A DNA stretch of 59,188 bases, filler included, from Sphacelaria rigidula (GCA_964200075.2; 6 parts of 6 records of this genome joined end to end with filler, not necessarily neighbours in it); one strand, 5' to 3'; shown: positions 1 through 13,549, counted from the first letter of the whole stretch. Made by a program: numbers and translations. Notes: generated by a model from the sequence alone, not told the origin.

Positions 1-123
1 ATATTCGATATTCGATATTGATAAATATCACATTTATCGGTTTTCTACGCTCCGATAACGATATGGCATATCGCGATATTTATCGAAATCATATCGATAT
101 TCGATAGGTGATATGCAACACTG
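1..123. mobile_element. Probable end of a hAT-type non-autonomous DNA transposon, truncated by the contig start
   Basis: Dense TCGATA/TATCG subterminal motifs ending in TATGCAACACTG (reverse complement CAGTGTTGCATA, a hAT-like terminus); the partner TIR is not in the window. Confidence 0.45.
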
Positions 124-1260
124 GTTTCAACCCTTTCGGTGCTGGTGACGAAAAAGTGCGAATGTGGAAGTGCTGTTTTTTGAACGACATATGGCTGAGC
201 TTTTTCAGCTTCCACGCACAAGTATTATGCTGAGGGGTGTTCATCAGACCCGTTGAAAAATGTGCCCCAGTGCAGCACGGGAATAACCATATGGAAAATA
301 AACAGGTGGTGCCGATTCTTGTTCGTATGGAGTTCAGGGACGCATAACAAGGTTTTCGTGAGATTGGGAGTTGGGTGCGGATTGAGAGTGGGTTTGATCA
401 TTCGCTTTAACTCGGCCAATTTCTCATACTTCGTGTGCTTTTCTTGGTCTCATCACCACCATGTGCTTACAGCTACACGTTGATATCCTACTCAGGGGTA
501 TCGGGGGCCTCAGTAGCAAGCTACTACAGAGAGAATATTGGGCCTCGTGGAAGTGCATTTCGGAACTGAAACGGCTCATTCACTAAGTGAGCGCTTTGCA
601 CTCTCCGTCATACCTTCAACTCTCAGTTTCACGAAAAACGTTGTTGTGCAGGTTTCGGCTGTGTGCACAAAGTTGAACGCACGTGATCCCTTGCGTCTCC
701 TTAGTTAACAAGATGAATCCGACCGCACAGGGGTGAAATTTTTGGTGCGCGCTTGGCGTATGCTTGTGGATTCTTCTGTGGCATTCCACCGTGAAAATAA
801 TTGCCACCAGTCTTCCCCGTCTCCACATTTCCTTCGTTGTCAGGGCTTGAATAACTGAGGCGTCTAGCCCAGGGACCGAAGCGGAGGGTTTCCCATCGGT
901 GAAAGATGAGGCAGCTAGCTCACTCGGGAAAGGGAAGACAAAAACTCGAGCTACCAGCGCTCACCTCGATCAATACAAATGGTTCCACAAGCGTACAAGA
1001 AATATGAACGTGGTATTTTTCATGTGACCTCCATCAGAACGGCTCCCAAAGGAAAAAAAAAGCGAACAGTTCACAGAGACGTCCATACACCAAGCCAACA
1101 AGGTGCCCCGGCGAATCCCCATCCCAGAACAATTACAAAATTCCTGACATTCTTTCATGGCTTTCCGCGAAGTCCACCGATCTCACAGATGCCACACTTC
1201 CGGAGAGCAGAAAATGTACGATGCTGGTGTCTTTTACGCCAACATCTCGAGTTGTGGAAA

Positions 1261-1504
1261 TCAAGCCGATGCTGCTACTGGACTGTCCAACTTCGCCAAG
1301 TCCAGAGGTTGTTTGAGCATAGCCTTAATCTCCGCGATTCTTCCCGGGTTCGCCTTTTCGTGCGCCAAGACTTTAGCCCTAACCTCCTTCTCGTCTTCGT
1401 AAGCGGGCTCGATATTCACGGAGATGCCGCCTAACGGGGTGTACCGTAGCTGGTGCACGGCGTGGGTAGCCGTCTCAGCGTCCTCGTATTCCACGAAAGC
1501 GAAC
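1261..1504 (-). CDS. RRM RNA-binding protein, terminal exon 4
   Basis: AG acceptor at 1506-1505; completes RNP1 (KG|FAFVEY), then EDAETATHAVHQLRYTPLGGISVNIEPA...; TGA at 1263-1261. Confidence 0.9.
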
Positions 1505-1960
1505 CTACTCGACGGTTGTGGAGGATCAGGGGCAGACCGAAGCAAGGGAAGCACGAAAATAGGAGGTTACAAAACGTTTTTCCATCCTTGCTGAAGGCTT
1601 TCCTTACTTGACGTCTGGCGAAAAAGTACGTGCGATAAATAGACGGTTGCATAGCGCCCCATCTACCAGATCGAGGGCGGGGGAAAAGGGGAAAGGGGCG
1701 CAATTTCGAGTCTGACGGGGAAAACATGGAACCTGGAACAACCTAGGTGCACTTTACGAAAAATTATACACGTTCGGAAGAGAGCGCCTCTCGGATCAAG
1801 ACTTTCGTGTTTAGACCATCAAGAGATGCACCATTTCTGCCCTCGACGCCCACTTGAGCTTTTCGTATACAAATCAAGGTACGCCAACGGTCTTTGGGAT
1901 GAGATACGTCCTGTCGTATGTTCCATCACGCACGTACATGCATCCCACTCTGTTACTCAC

Positions 1961-2085
1961 CCCTTGGTCTTCGAGTGACTGTTCTTCCTGTTGAAGTACT
2001 TAATGCTGACGACGTTGCCGGCCGTGCCAGCGAATTCCTTTACATCTTCTTCAGTCAAACCCTCGTCCAACCTGGATATCATCAC
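1961..2085 (-). CDS. RRM RNA-binding protein, exon 3
   Basis: AG acceptor and GTGAGT donor; encodes VMISRLDEGLTEEDVKEFAGTAGNVVSIKYFNRKNSHSKTKG (RNP2, helix 1, beta 2); phase 2 matches the next exon. Confidence 0.9.
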
Positions 2086-3141
2086 CTATCGAAGGGTGCA
2101 ACAGGATAGAAAAAAGCATGGCACAGGAGACGTAAACACATGGCTTGAGGCAGAGGCGCAAGTGAACTCCACAAAGTTAGAAGGTAGTTACAGCCTTTTG
2201 TGCGCATGGTAATTTTGCCCTCCTGAGCGTGTTCTTTACATCGACCCCCCCCCCCCCCCCCCGGGCCCCACCTGTCTCTGCTATCTTCGCGAGAGGCTCC
2301 CAGAGATGAAATGCATCATCAGCTTATGGTGAGTTCAACAAGCTGAGCGTTTATGCGTGTGGGCTGACACGTGGTACCGCACTCTTGGGAAAAGCTACGA
2401 TACTATAACGCCATAATTCGAACGTTATGCTAGGTCCCTCGCCATTTTCGCGGCGCTCGTCTGCGTTGCAAGCGCATCCTTCCTGCAGTAAATTACGTCG
2501 TATTCGACCGCACGACCCCTTCAGATGCCGTTGCGAGCGATTCCACCAACGTAGCAAACGTGGAGATGGTGTTAGACCCCCCATGGACTCCTACAGAAGC
2601 TGTGGCATTTCACAGTTCTTCTCTGCGAAGGAGCTCTCAAAAAACTACGAGAACCGAAAACGGAATGACACACCACGCCACAGTGACGTTCAACTCGTGG
2701 GGACACAGGAAAGCCTCAAAGAGGTCGGCCAGTCGGTCCATTTCGACGCATCATGGTTTGCTGCCCTCATCTTCCGCTACGCCACAAAATTGATGCTGTT
2801 AAGACCATGCCGCAAGGTGAAAGAAGGCCGCTGCGGAGTCATTTGATATACTTACGGAAAGGGAAAAAATTGGATACCTAGGATAAACACGAGTGTGTGT
2901 ACAACGCTGGGCGTAGAGTGCTCGAAGACCTGCATATACCATGCACTACGATGAGCTACAGGAACGTGATCTAAGGATGTTCCAGGAGCTCATAGATTCG
3001 AAGCACATTTCGTAAAAGAGGACAACATCTTTCGCCCGCGGGAAATTGTACCCAATTGCTGTACCCTCTTCAACTCGCGGGGGAGAGAAACACGACATTC
3101 GAACACTTGAGCGCCCATTCCAATCAAGAAACTAGCATCAC

Positions 3142-3258
3142 CTTCTTTTCATCCCTCTGGACGTCAGGGAGATCTGCGTTGACAGCCTTCATGAGCTGCG
3201 CTAGGCTGGAGCCTCCCGTCTTTCCCCTCCTCTTCCTCTTCATGGACAACTGCCTTGC
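3142..3258 (-). CDS. RRM RNA-binding protein, exon 2
   Basis: CAG acceptor after a T-rich tract, AAG|GT donor; 117 nt, phase 0/0; ARQLSMKRKRRGKTGGSSLAQLMKAVNADLPDVQRDEKK. Confidence 0.72.
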
Positions 3259-6200
3259 CTGCTCGAGCGTGAAAAAAAACGTGTAATGCAAAGTCGATCA
3301 AGTGGCAGCAACATAGGAGGGCGAAAGGTTAAGTACATGAAGCATCGACAAACCAACTTGTCCGTGACGCAAAAAATGCAGAAACATCGAATTTACCAAG
3401 GGTCCGTCATGAGCGAAAACTCTCCCGCCCCGCCGTATGATTTTTGCAATTTCCGTCCCATATTGTAGTCGAGTAGTTCACTTTCCTTGCTCAATATATG
3501 CATGGTGAAGCCGATCCAGTTTGTCGCATTGCCCGGCGCAACAGATCATTTGTTTTGCTGCCGCTTTACCCGCCCACGTTAGAGTTCGAGTGAGTCGTAT
3601 GTCACACAGACAAAATAGAACAAGCCCTGCCTGTTCCAGACATCTGCTTCAGATCTTGCCGTTTTTGCGTGAGTAGATATCGCACCAAACTCCAAGAAAT
3701 CTCTTCAAAACTAAGAAAGTGTTCGCGCGTGTGTGGAAACATTATCCTCAACCCGCAAAAAATCGGTAAATATTCCGTGGCGTTTTAGAGTTGACAGTAT
3801 CCTCACGTATCTCAACAAAACATCGGAGGGATTGACGTGATGGAGGAACATGAGCGGTCTATTGCAAGGTTTCAAGGTTTCACCGTGTGATGTCCACGTC
3901 GCGAAATAGACGTCTTGAACGAGTTTGGGAATTACGCAAACGCTAGACGTCACATAGGACTTTGCATGACTCGAATACAGCCCGTGTGTCCTACAAATTG
4001 GCCACATACACTATTGTTTTGAGTTGCGAACACGAATGCTCAAGCTGTTCGGCACAGTACCCACAAAGAATCCGTACACTAACGCCGAGACCAAGCGCAC
4101 TACATCCAACGCGAGTCTTGCACGAGGCCCGGGGAGCTTTGATTCGCCAACAGAAGCCATCCGCAGAGGAACAGTCGTGCGAACTAGGTCAACCCATCCG
4201 ATACCGCAATCATGTCTACGGAGACAACTTTCACTTGCTTTTCGCTCTTCTCGTATGTCGACATTTTCCTCTTCTTCCCTTGTCATATTATGCGGTTTGA
4301 AGGTACAGGATTCTCAGACGCGAGCAAGCGCGACATCGCTGGGAGTGATATGCACCATTCTCGCTTGTAGTGCCTTTTGTGAATGAACACGACGTCAGTA
4401 CAGACAGCCACCAAGCTGAAGAGCACGAGCCCCAGGCACTCTAACAGTGGTCAGCAGGAATATCACACCCTTGAAGTGGCGTCCGGCTCGGCTGTACACG
4501 CTGTGGTGCCTCGTGATGGCTGACGATATGCCGCAGCTGTGAGCTAGGTCGCTGGGTCCACGAAAACACTGCCTTGGAGACAGGCACCTCTCCTCTACCA
4601 AATATATATATTTCTGCTTTCGTTTCCATCATGCCAACACCGCTTGCTCGCACTATCGACGGCTCCTAAATCTTTGCCCAGATGGGGCAGTCGACTACAC
4701 ATCCCCAAGTTGTAAATCAAGTACGAGACGCAAACGGCCTAGTGCTCGCCGTCATAAACATGGATCACTGTAAACAACCGGGGGTTGACGTGCAACTTAC
4801 CGCATGACTCGCAGCATACGGACCATTGGATGAGCAAATTCTGCCAAGCCTCAACCCAAGATTGGTCTTTGACTCTCCTCTACTGGGCATGAAAAACATA
4901 TTTCGCGCAACATTTACATGCAACAGGCGGCCGCAAGGGTTACGTAACAGAGCATGCTTGGGGACCCCTGTAAGTTTGGGGAGTGCAATGTTGGCTCATT
5001 CGGCCACCGTTCCGACAGAACATGCACAGTATAAGTCAGTACGGTACAGAGGACGAGTAGAGCGATTTCGTGTCCAATCTCGTCTATCGTGACGGTAATA
5101 TTTGGCACAACGCAACTATGGCAAGTTCGCTACTTAGATTTCAGACTTCATATGACAGCCAGCGAAAATCTATACAGAACGATTGTGGGCTTCGAATAAC
5201 ACTCGAGAAATGGTCGCCACAAAACTCTCAATTTTGAGTGCTTACAGCCCCATGGGGAAAAAAACTATGCTCCCCCTCGAGACGAAACGATCCAGGAGAT
5301 GATAGGAAGATTTGACGACTTAGGTTCGTGTGTAGCCCGTCGTCGGGTTTTTACCACAGTCTTTTTGTTCAAGCCCTGGACGGCGACCTAATCCTTCGCC
5401 TCCGTACTATGCTCTACTCCTTCACCGCCCCACACGCGTCGAGCGAGGGCTACACCTCTTTGGCGCAGCAACCTCATCATCAATACGATTGACCACGCTC
5501 CACTCTGAAAGTGTTGCAACAGGACGGCATCAACTCGACCACACGAGAGTGCCTGCTTCGTAGTCGAATTACTCTGGATACGTTCGTTCTCTTCGTTCAT
5601 GTTTGTCCCACCAAACGACGGGAATCTGTGAAGAAGGGGGACTCTGACGAGGGGAGCGGAGGGGGTTGTTCCGAAACAGAATATTCCTGTGTGTTTTCGA
5701 ATGCATTTCTCAGCACCCGCCCGATCAGTCAAAGACAGCCCTACTCACAGCACCTGCTGACATCGCTTTGCTTGCTCTGTTCGTCAAGACTATAGCTCAC
5801 GGTCTCAACGTGGAGTGCCTTGGCCGTGAAATCAATAGCTGAGGTGAAGATAAAACTACGACCAGCAACTGTCGCCACAGTTCACGGACTCATGGGAACA
5901 GTACATTAGAGCTCGAGCGATGCCTGATGAGCAAGCTCATCTTGGGGATTGATCTTCTAGTTGAAAACCGCAGATCAGATAATTTCGAAATACTCGGCCA
6001 CAACGGTCACAAGACAGACGCACCCAAGGTGAACATGAATGAAGTAGTAATCCGTGGAAATTGATCAAGAGTGAAGTACCTTTAGTGGCGTTGAAGAGGA
6101 GAAGAGAAAACCACTTCGGAGTTTGTAACGCAAGGGTAATGAAATGAGGAAACTTGGGAACATGAACGACGTGGATCCATCATCTTGAAATTCATACTTT

Positions 6201-7608
6201 TTCCACTCATTCTCGCTGGCCAAGAAATCGAGAAGAGAGGCCCTCAAAGCGCTCCTCAAAACTGAGCCAGGGCTGTACCAGTTGTATGTAGCGGCATCTC
6301 TGCAAAAACGTGCTTTGCCGAATTTGTCGACTTCACCGCGCGTCATTTTTGGCGGTAGCAAAGAACATGATATTCACTTCGGTGTGACTCTCAAGCGATG
6401 TCATGAATAGTATTATCTGCAGTCGTTTTCCATCCAATGTCTGCAGAAACACGTGATTGTCTCCTCCATTGCGCTGCAGAGTGTGGTGAACGTGGTATCT
6501 CACGCTACGGACGGGATAAGCGACAACCGGAAACGGCGATACTGTGCTGTAGATGCCGGAAATGAGATACGGCAGGCATGAAGATACATGGAATACTAAT
6601 CGTCACCCGCTTGTCAACTACAACCAGACAGTCCCGGCGTGAAACGCTGACGAGAAACTTGAAGCCCCCACATGTGAGCATTCAGATGTCGAGTATCTCA
6701 CAAGAGTTACTCAGCACAGTTCGCTCCGGTCGAACATCTTCGCCCACATAGTTGTATATACCATCAGATTGCATTCAATTACCGACATTACATGACGGCA
6801 CTTATAGAGAATGGAACTGAAAATCCGGGTTAACAGCTCACAATCTCCATGAGCCCCACCGAGACGCCGGACACGCTCCCCTGACTATGGGAGAGACCGT
6901 GTTGGTTGTAGGAAGGATGCCACCAGCCGGTCAAAACTGATGGGAGGTGTGTAAACATATATATATATATATGTTGTCAACAAACCGATGATAGTTGAAA
7001 TGTGCTGCGCCGTCTGCTGAAAAAACTCATGTGGGCATGGGGCATTACTCAACTCAACACCTCGAGTGAATATCACGAAAGCCCCGGCAAAAGAGGAAAT
7101 ATTAGCGCCTGCGCTTGAGGCTTCGTAATGAGGCAGGTAGAGGGCCTGGCAGCCGTTCAGACACCAAGACATGCTGAGAACATGCTCTTGACTGTCGTGG
7201 TGGTATCTGTGTTCGAGACATGAAAAACACGAAAAGCTTGATGCCCTCGCTTGCGCGGTTGGCGCATTACGCTGCATCGAACCGCGAAGTGAAGCACTGT
7301 CCAAGAGCGGACCCAGAACAAAAATGTAGCCACATGCTGTCTGCTTCGACAGCTCGAAACATCGAGTCAACGCACACACGGCGCACTGTAGCAGTTTCGA
7401 CACATGTGTCCCAGATCGCATTCTTGCCGAGCGGAAGGGTGACAAGCAAGCGCATGAACCAATGACATGACAAGTACAGCAAATCGGCCTCTACACAAGA
7501 CCCATGAAACGCGCCACACAACTCCCGCAGGAAACAAGTATACTGTGCGCTGAAGCTGCACACTCCACTCCTGACCACAGTTCTCAACCCAAACGGACGT
7601 GCACACAC

Positions 7609-7791
7609 CTCACACGACTCCCGCGTTGACGACTGAAATTGAACACGCGTTAGCTTCCGCCCGTTGTTTTGCGAGTGGATGACGCTTCGGCTGCTGCTTA
7701 CGGGCGCAAAGGCAAAGGACTGCGAGAGAGGCAATCCTGTAGCGAAGATTGTGGCGAGGATGACAACCGCCGATCGCCGTACTCCAGCCAT
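7609..7791 (-). CDS. RRM RNA-binding protein, probable exon 1 (signal peptide plus plastid transit peptide)
   Basis: ATG at 7791; MAGVRRSAVVILATIFATGLPLSQSFA-FAPVSSSRS... has a hydrophobic core, an ASAFAP-like motif and a Ser/Arg-rich transit region; GAG|GTGTGT donor, phase 0, splices in frame to the exon at 3258. Confidence 0.68.
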
Positions 7792-9783
7792 ACTTATCTT
7801 CGGGTGTCGGCAAGTATTGGAGTACTTCCACACGTAGTTTTCACTGATGGTACAGTTGAGTCACTGACAATTGAGTCTTCTGCGGAGCCTCATGAAATGA
7901 TACTTTTGCGTGCTATGAAATGACCGATCTACGCGAAATAATGTGGAAAATGGCACACTTTTGCAGAGTTTGCTAAATACCTCAGGCCGGAAAGCGGAGA
8001 CGCCCGTTTCTTCACCGTGCCATCTTATCTGCCGTTGCTCCATCAGACCTCGCCGTTGTGGTTTTCGGAGCCATGACCATGCCTCCTTCGAGTGTGGACA
8101 ATAAGAAGACTGCTGAAGCCAACGATCACACGTAAGATGCACACAAAACGAGGCGGTAGTGTTGCACTGTAACAAAAATGCGAAGAATCCCAGCACACAG
8201 GTACGAGTACTTGTACAACAGTACCGTACCCGGAAAAAGAAAACGTGGAGGCTGTGTGTTCGCGGCATGACAGGGCCACAAACTGCATATTGTGCTGTGC
8301 TAGTTCTGCTTGCCGAGCTGGGTGTAGGGAGAACTTGACTCGTGTGATTGTTGCAACCCTGCCTGGTGTGAATGCGGGGGATGAGGTTGATATGCGCGAA
8401 TGATGTTTCCGCGCAAGCATGTGTGTCGGCTTGGTGCGCCGCCGCGTGTGCAGATCAGTACGGAGAGCTACGCGGACATGTTGATACCTAACTGTTGTAC
8501 TGCAGTGTCTGTCCCTTCTATGCACTTGTCCCGCTGAAAAACAATACTCCAGTCTACAGGCCCACAAACACACAATCGAACTCGAGCCATAATCCTCGGA
8601 GTGCGCCGGCATAGTTGTGCGCTGTGCATACCAGCATATTGCGGACAGTAGCCTGTTGAATGGTGTGCTCTTTCGTTCCACTGTTCGTTGGGCGCAGGAA
8701 GTCCCAACCCTCATAATGGATCGACCAACTTCTTTTTCTTTGAAACGAATACTGTATGCAAGCGCTGCAATTCGCCGCATAAACAGTACTGTATGTGTTG
8801 GCGTCCTCGGTCCGTCTTTGTGCTGAACTCGCTTTCCAAGGGAGTACGCCTTGGGTGATTGTATCCCGAAGATGTGACACCCTTCAACCTGAATTTGAGA
8901 ACATTCAGCATTCCCTATGCCTGGTCATTCGTATAGCTATGGAGTGTAGATTTTTTGTGCTTGAAAGGGGCCCGCCCACCTCGCCGTGTTTGGCGAGAGA
9001 GATGAAGACAGCGCACGCAGCAGCCGCGAGCAGACCTAAAAGGTCTCCGAATCCGTTACATTTTTCCGTGATTTGGAGGTGGAGAGTTTTCCTCCCATGA
9101 CCTCAGGAGTGCGGGTTTCCGGCGATTTCATGGAAATCTGCTCGTCGGTCGCCTGACGGAATAATTGCAAGTTGATGTGTTCTGACGTGCTTGTTGTTGC
9201 GCAAGCGCTAGTCCGGAGAGAGCATATTGGCATTTCGCGTAAGATGCAGCAGCCACTGCTGGTGCAGCCACTCTCTACATGCTAATTACTGTACGCTATG
9301 AACATGAAGATGGGAGATGGGGGCATTCAAAACGAGGATGGACGTTGAACATGAAAACTATCAACCATTTCCGCCAGTCCAGGTCCCCTGCACCCTGCAC
9401 CTTCGCTGTCTAAAAAAAAAACGGCCAAAGTCGCGTGTATTCCTCGCTTCCTATTGGCCAAATCCGATCACAGGTAGGATGAGCTCGCTTGATTCCGCCA
9501 CCCAGACAGGAAAAGTGTTCGCGACGAAGTAAAAATAAACTATACAGGCTGGTTCACGGTGATCACCCAAAATTGTGTCATGAGCAAATGCCTTCTGAAA
9601 TACGCACCCAATAGTCGCATAAGACGAAGACGGTGACATAGCCACATTTTTGTTTAAGGCCGTAGCGGTGGCGCCATGGACGAAAATGTGTCTCAGCCAA
9701 TCAGCGCCCTTGAAACTGTTGCGAGATCGAAATTACGAATACCATGCCCAACTTTCATCCAATCTCTACATGCTTCAAATCGT

Positions 9784-9883
9784 NNNNNNNNNNNNNNNNN
9801 NNNNNNNNNNNNNNNNNNNNNNNNNNNTTAATTAATTAANNNNNNNNNNNNNNNNNNNNNNNNNNNNNNNNNNNNNNNNNNNN
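9784..9883. other. Artificial contig-join linker (N44-TTAATTAATTAA-N44)
   Basis: Exactly 100 nt with stops in all six frames; identical linkers recur, and the flanking segments fall in length 9783, 9783, 9782, 9781, 9780, 9779. Confidence 0.98.
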
Positions 9884-10696
9884 AAGTGGGGTGCGCAAGC
9901 GGGATCTATTTTTATCCATCTTTGATTGCTGCTGCCGAGATCCCCCCCCCCCCGAACCGGCAAAAGAAGTGCATGGAGGCGATGATCATGAATGCCGTTA
10001 GAGCTGTTTTCGTGCTGCACGACGGACTCATTTGGCGTTATAGCTGATTTCGGACTGCCATACACCTCTCATGTGGGCGAAAGTGCTGTAAACTAGCCCA
10101 ACAATGGGATCGCAACCGGTTAGTCGGACGGTCTCCGGTGCACTTTTTGGTGGGAGGGCTATCTTGGCTTTAGTATGTTCTCCGTAAATCTGGCTATGAG
10201 AGAGTTGCTCTGTTTGTAGGAGACTTGCCGTGTCAGTACACAGTGGTCCCGGAACGGAGAGCTCTTTATAGCTCCACGCGAAAGATGATGAGTAGGAATT
10301 AGTTTTGCGCAAAATCTCTTTCAGTTTATCTTTCACATTTTCCCAATGGTTGAGCAAGCACGCGCTTTTTGACGTGTAGCGTCTAGCGCCCTAGCCTAGG
10401 GTTCATTCCATCGAAAAGTACTTGCTCGTGCTGTACACACCAGCGAATATTTGCGCCGCACGTCTTTTTTTTCCGCGTCTCGTCACCTTGTTTTATCCTT
10501 CAACTCGGGTACGTCCATTATCTGACCATGGTCGAATCCCCTGGGGAATCGGTTGAAGTGGGATAACCGATCAATCAAACCGACTTCTGTTCGTTTTTGT
10601 GCCCTCAGTTCTTCTTGTTGGTCATTTTCAATCCGTTTTTTTTTCTTCTCCTGTTTTTTTGGTCTTGCTTCGGCAACCCCGCGCTCGTCTTCCTAG

Positions 10697-10812
10697 TGAA
10701 AAGCTGGGGCACGGAAGGTCGCGTAGAAGGCGAGCAGATTCCCGCATCTAACAACCTGCACGACTGCGTCAACTTCAGAGGCGAGGACATCAAGGACCTG
10801 CATGTGCATGAG
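10697..10812 (+). CDS. LSM14: LSM14/RAP55 (Scd6/DCP5/Trailer hitch family), Lsm-domain exon
   Basis: TAG acceptor, GAG|GTATTT donor; (V)KSWGTEGRVEGEQIPASNNLHDCVNFRGEDIKDLHVHE resembles the family signature VRSFGTEGR...IPP...IFRGSDIKDL. Upstream exon(s) are off the contig. Confidence 0.92.
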
Positions 10813-12212
10813 GTATTTCATTGGCTAGTTTGTATGCTTCCTCTGTCCTACGAGTTATGACCAAATTGTACGTACGGGCCCTCAACTGTGTCATCATTTT
10901 TTTTTCTGCCTTGCATGCCCCGGGATAAGGGGCGAAATACGGCTGTTTTCGGGCTGACTCAATTCTTCTTGCCCTTTGGCCGCACGGTGATGGTGGAAAG
11001 TATAAGTACATATGAGTGGGTTTCAGAGTGAAAAACGCCAAAAGGCTACCTTAATCATGAAAAAATAATGGGACGCGATTAAGGACCCGTAGAAACTATT
11101 CGGTTCACAACTTATGGGGACAGAGAAAGGACTGTATGATGGGTTCCTGTTTATTTTGGTACGAGATCTGAGCGCTTGGATCAATCTTGAGAGCCATATT
11201 CATCGATGTCTTTGGTTTTGATCAGTTTTTTCTTTATTTGTTTGGATATTCTGTTTCCATGTGTTCCTCTTCGTCAGGGCTTCTCATAATAAGGCGCTTG
11301 GCCAGGGGACAGGAGGGGAGGGTTCCAAAAAAAGGGTTAAACTGTGTCGCATGCGCTAGTAGGTGGTAAAAAGACAGTCGTATACACGAGGAAGGGGAGT
11401 TTTGGGATCCCGTCCAGCTAGTTTTTTGCATCCGGAGTGAGCTTCTGAGTGATTTTACGGTCGGGGTCCACTTCTTTTGTCCCAAACGTGTTCTGAAGTT
11501 GCACACCAAGGCCCAGATGTTCATCACCGAGAGGCTCCCAAAGTTCTGAGCCTCGTCAAAATAAGTCTGCACATAACCACCGTGGAACCCGTCTTCTTGG
11601 CATCATGGCTGTCGAAGTTCATGGGGCGGGGGCAGACGAGGTTCACCACAAACCGAAAAATGTGAAGGAACCCAAAGGAGGACGCTCTCTCCAGACAAGG
11701 CGGACTCTACTAGGAGCAGAAGGGAGACGAACGTTGGCACCACTGGCCGTTGCCGCTAGCATCATTGGATCATGACTCATCGGTTGAGGTTCTTTTGTTG
11801 TGTTCCTCTTTTTCTGTCCCTCTCGAGGAACAACAGTAACATGTTACGTGCGGTCAGTTTTTGGGGGTTAGTTCCACACCTGGTAGGGTCATGAACATTT
11901 CTCGGAATTTCATGACTTTGAGTAACTCTAACTCTCACCCGAAGCCTCGCCCCAACGAGAGCATTCCGAGAACCCCAGGGCAACGAGAGTGCGAAGCGTT
12001 GAGCAGTTGGTGAGAAAGGAGTTCGGTCAATTACTCGCACAACAGGCTAAATGAACGGTAAACTGTACTGTGCAATTTATACAGCTTGCAATGCGATGGA
12101 TAGGCTGCAACCAAATAGATGCGTGCGATTAGCGAGAGATGATGCTTGAGAAAAAACACGGCGCGTGTTCACACCATGATTTCGTACACCAGCCAGCCTT
12201 GATATATATATA

Positions 12213-12696
12213 CTCCCTCTGTCTCAAGAGTCTGGGCACTTACGGACGTCAAATCGTTTGGGTATTTCAACGTTGGCGATCATCCTGTGGTTGAGCTCGT
12301 TAAAGAGGTGAAGCGCGGACGAAGTTGATGAAGAAAAGAAATCGAAAGAAAAAAGTTTTTTCGTCACTGAAATTATGTCGAAATATACCCCCATTTTGAC
12401 CCTTTTTGATCCATTTATACCCCCATCATTGACCGATCTTGGACGTTTTCACGTCGAGCACTAGCAGTTACACGCTAACAAAATGTTTGATGGGGCGTGC
12501 GTAGGTTAACATCACGGACATGTCCAAAATCGATGGTGGTTTGCAACTGCATGGGTCAAGCACCCACGTTGTAGAAATATGGCTGGATTTAGCTGGCAAA
12601 ACGCCGACGAATGCAATGAAAAGATCGAAAACCAAACATCACAACGCTGAGGGCACGTACAACCATAAGTGCCCAGACTTATAGAGACAGAGGAAG
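12213..12696. mobile_element. Stowaway-like (Tc1/mariner) MITE in an LSM14 intron
   Basis: TA TSD on both sides; TIRs CTCCCTCTGTCTCAAGAGTCTGGGCACTTACGG and CCATAAGTGCCCAGACTTATAGAGACAGAGGAAG; no ORF. Confidence 0.85.
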
Positions 12697-13013
12697 TATG
12701 TATTTTCTAGTTGATGGAGTGTAAACTTCGAAGATGCGAACCAAAAACAAACTCGCCGTCATGCTTGTTTTTGTTTTGTTCTTGTAACAATTCTTACTTC
12801 TTTTCCCCACCACAAATACAGCACAGCAGTAGTTATAGGTTGAATCATACAACGACATGAGTCAGTTGTTTCATTCCGCGCTGCCCCTCTTTTTTGCTTG
12901 TTCGGTTTGTTCACATGTTTCTGTGGCTTAGACACGAGTCCCCCCCCCCCCCGCCCTCGCGCGCGCTCCTTGACCAACACAAAACGAAATAAAACAAACT
13001 GTGCTGAACGCAG

Positions 13014-13289
13014 ACAGCTGAGCCGGCAGTTCCTGTAGCAGCGGCACCGCCAGCACCGGCAGTTACACCGCCAATCACGCCGTCCACCGCAGCCACAGCC
13101 ACGGCCACGGCTACCGCTACTACTGCTGCAGCTGCTGCTGCCAGTGTTGCTCCAGATGCAGCTGCGGGCGGGCAGGCTGCGGCGGCAGCAGCAGCAGTGG
13201 CAGCCAGGCCGCCCGCCGCCCCCCTTACCGGCGGTCCCGAAGAGGAAGCGGCGGAGGATGACACGGAGGTGCCCATGATGAGGGACCAG
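13014..13289 (+). CDS. LSM14: LSM14, Ala/Pro/Thr-rich linker exon
   Basis: CAG acceptor, CAG|GTGAAA donor, 276 nt, phase 0/0; TAEPAVPVAAAPPAP...EEEAAEDDTEVPMMRDQ. Confidence 0.8.
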
Positions 13290-13549
13290 GTGAAAGGGGA
13301 CACGAGGATATGTGAAACATTCATACCAGAGCCTTGATTCAGCAATTCTCTGTCGATCGAAAAAGTGCGGTGGAAAGCAAAGCTTCCGATCAGATAGGTC
13401 GTGATTTCAACGTAGATGGCGATAGTTGAAACCACGACTTATCAGATCGGAATTTTACTTTCACACTGCACATTTCGACCGGAAATAATGTTTGCGAAGA
13501 CACGCCCTATCTATGCCCACGACAGATGGCATCAATAAGGAGAGGTATG

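Noticed and set aside
4011..6361. Extra RRM-gene exons at about 4240-4310, 4470-4595, 5610-5687 and 6200-6299
   Set aside because: Some splice-like signals, but I could not fit them in phase and the 4-exon model is complete without them.
8043..8780. 245-aa minus-strand ORF
   Set aside because: No domain, Arg/Cys/His-rich random-like composition and no convincing exon structure.
9828..9839. TTAATTAATTAA recurring every ~9.88 kb as a biological periodic motif
   Set aside because: It sits within N runs and is a synthetic six-frame-stop linker; ORFs running into it are artefacts.
12911..13435. 174-aa Ala/Val-rich minus ORF as a membrane protein
   Set aside because: Antisense shadow of the LSM14 low-complexity exon.
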